DNA from: Eledone cirrhosa
Lineage: Eukaryota
Direction of reading: 5' to 3'
DNA length: 64,000 nucleotides
NCBI GenBank assembly: GCA_964016885.1
Contig: OZ024740.1
Location: forward strand, 142,786,001 to 142,850,000
Positions 61,843 through 64,000 of the stretch are shown in pieces. Below the pieces are notes generated by a model, which did no database searches, was not told the DNA's origin, and saw nothing but the letters and a program-made list of their open reading frames with translations. Every line of letters begins with the position of its first letter. The stretch's first letter is position 1. The position numbers and the translations under genes are program-made.

Positions 61843-62972
61843 TCTATATATATAAAACTGATGTTGTCTGTGTGTGTGTGTCCTCATTTTTGCAAAGTCT
61901 ACACAAATCCACATTTCTACTCCGATTGACTTCAAACTTGCATTTATATATTCCTTGCGGTCTAAAAATATTAACTGCAGCTTTTATTTTTCAATTTTCA
62001 GTTGTTAAAGGGGTGTTAGGCGCCGGTTATCCATCTCCCTTATAATATTTTGCTGTCTGTATTATGACATTCTGACAAACATTGATGACGTATTATGTTC
62101 GCTATTTTCCGTTCGTTGCCAGGGAACGTTTTCACGAACCAAAGTATTGCCTTCCTGTTTTCCTTCGGTTGCAACGTTTTTCGAAATATTTACTTCTGCG
62201 TTCACAGATTGATTTTTTTTTAGTTTCAGAAGATCCTATTAAGGGTGAAAGCAGCGATTCTTTGCTTAAACTTTAATCTGTTATTTTAATATATAATATA
62301 AGCGAGGCAAGCCAGCCCAGTTGCACTTCTTTCCAATAAACATTAACCCTTTGTGCGCCATTCATCTAACTAGACCAACAAATATCAACTAAACGGAGTG
62401 TTGACAAGAACGATGGCGAATGAATCCTCCCGTGTTGTTAGTTCACGCGGGATTCTCTACTACATCTTTTCGTAATAATACCGAACAACGTACTGCTGGT
62501 CACTCCTTCCTCCAAAAGCCGTACAAAGCGGACATGTGCATCGGGCAGATGGATCGGGTGCAGATCTACACCAAGCCTACGCGAAAAATTCGCAAGGGAC
62601 TGCACCGAGAGGGATAGAGAGAAAGAGTAACTCAGTGGAAAGAGTGCGAATGAACTTTTGAGGTAAGTAGCCTACGCCTTACTGCTATGGCACTGGAACC
62701 TTCTGCCAACTTAACCTGTGACTTTCTCTTTCACATTTACTCCAAAAGACCAAAACAGGGAGTATGAAAAGAAGGGGCTCAACAATATTTCTATGAACAA
62801 TGCACGTAGACAGCTAAACTGTACTTTCAACTTCTTAATTTTCTCCAAATAAAACAAGTTTCCTGTCGGTATATTTTCGTGAATTTTTAATAGGCACTCA
62901 CAAATAAACGTTTCTCATTGGAGGTGCTATTACCAATGTTCTTACCCGTGCAACGCCGGGATACACTGCTAG
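61843..62972 (+). mobile_element. Helitron-like non-autonomous element
   Basis: A|TCTATATATATAAAACTG ... CCCGTGCAACGCCGGG ATACACTGCTAG|T; insertion between A and T with no TSD. Confidence 0.75.
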
Positions 62973-63134
62973 TATATATATATATATATATAGACATATA
63001 TATATATATGTGTGTGTGTGTATCTCAGGTTCAATTGGGGGTAACCCCCAGTAAGTAAGGTACTCAATACATATTCCTTTGAATGAAACAGTCCTAGTCC
63101 TGTAGAAGCCATTTCTCATATATATGTATGTATC

Positions 63135-63500
63135 AGTAGGCACCTCTTAACTAAAATACACCCCTGTCCCACTAACCCTACCCACACCGCCATCTACACC
63201 ACCCCTTTCGATGTAAAGCTATGTTGGTACCACAACATCCAATCCTAAATAAATGAGGTCATGTAGGTGTTACAACAAAAAAACACACAGTCCACACTGT
63301 AATGTGGCCGTGTAGGTAACACGGTAAAAACCTCCCAGTCCACACTGTAAACGTGGTTGGTGTTAGGAAGGGCATCCAGCCGTAGAAAACCCGCCAGACA
63401 GTCCTGAGCAAGACAACCAATCTTGCCTCAAGTGGGACAATTCCCATCCAGACCCATGCTAGCGTGGAAAATGGACGTTAAACGATGATGATGATGATGT
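63135..63500 (+). mobile_element. RTE family A 3'-UTR-only copy with (GAT)n tail
   Basis: Homologous to 16047-16405 and starts at nearly the same position. Confidence 0.85.
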
Positions 63501-64000
63501 GATAGTGCAAACTCGCTACTGTATAGACAGCATATTTGTCTTGCTATATAGGTGCTTCTATAGAGAGACAGGCATAGATAGACCCATAGAAAGATATATA
63601 TCTAATTGTCCATTGCAGGTAGCATCCAGCTGATCTAATATATTGGATCTTCCCTCTCATATTGCAAACAGCCCACTTTTGCATAATTATGTGCTTGTGG
63701 ACTACCTGAAGGATCTATCATGCTGCTGAAATGCAACCAAAACTTTGGTGTAGCTCCTAAATAATCCATACCCATTCTGTATTTTTCTACATGTGTATGC
63801 ACATATACGTGCATAATGGTGCAAGCTCTGTATGCATATGAGTATGCAAATTTGCACATGAGTATGCATATCTTGGTGCATAGACACTCATTATTATACT
63901 GGTATATAATGTGTTTTTATATATATGTATGTATATATACATATATATGTATATGTGTATGGAAGCTATAGTGTAGGAAGACTTGGGATGAAGTGATAAA

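Overview
AT-rich, repeat-dense animal genomic DNA, probably a cephalopod such as Octopus (inferred from composition and the SINE/RTE repertoire, not proven). The only host gene I can reconstruct is a complete twinfilin (actin-monomer/capping-protein binding, two ADF-H domains) on the minus strand: 10 coding exons from 53659 to 24096, 1047 nt, 348 aa, all phases consistent. Its intron 3 (34907-33240) is a minor-spliceosome U12-type AT-AC intron (ATATCCTTT ... TTCTTTAAC ... AC), which is the most notable signal here. The rest is mostly transposons: the 3' half of a Ty3/Gypsy element with its 3' LTR, a full-length Tx1/L1-clade LINE with a 19-bp TSD, two RTE-clade LINE families with a PHD-like finger after the RT (one near-intact ORF, one nested insertion), Helitron-like non-autonomous elements, mariner/pogo/hAT relics and many tRNA-derived SINEs. 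Several unusual fold-back structures also occur, one of which holds a copy of a twinfilin splice donor. All alignments were done by eye; repeat boundaries are approximate.
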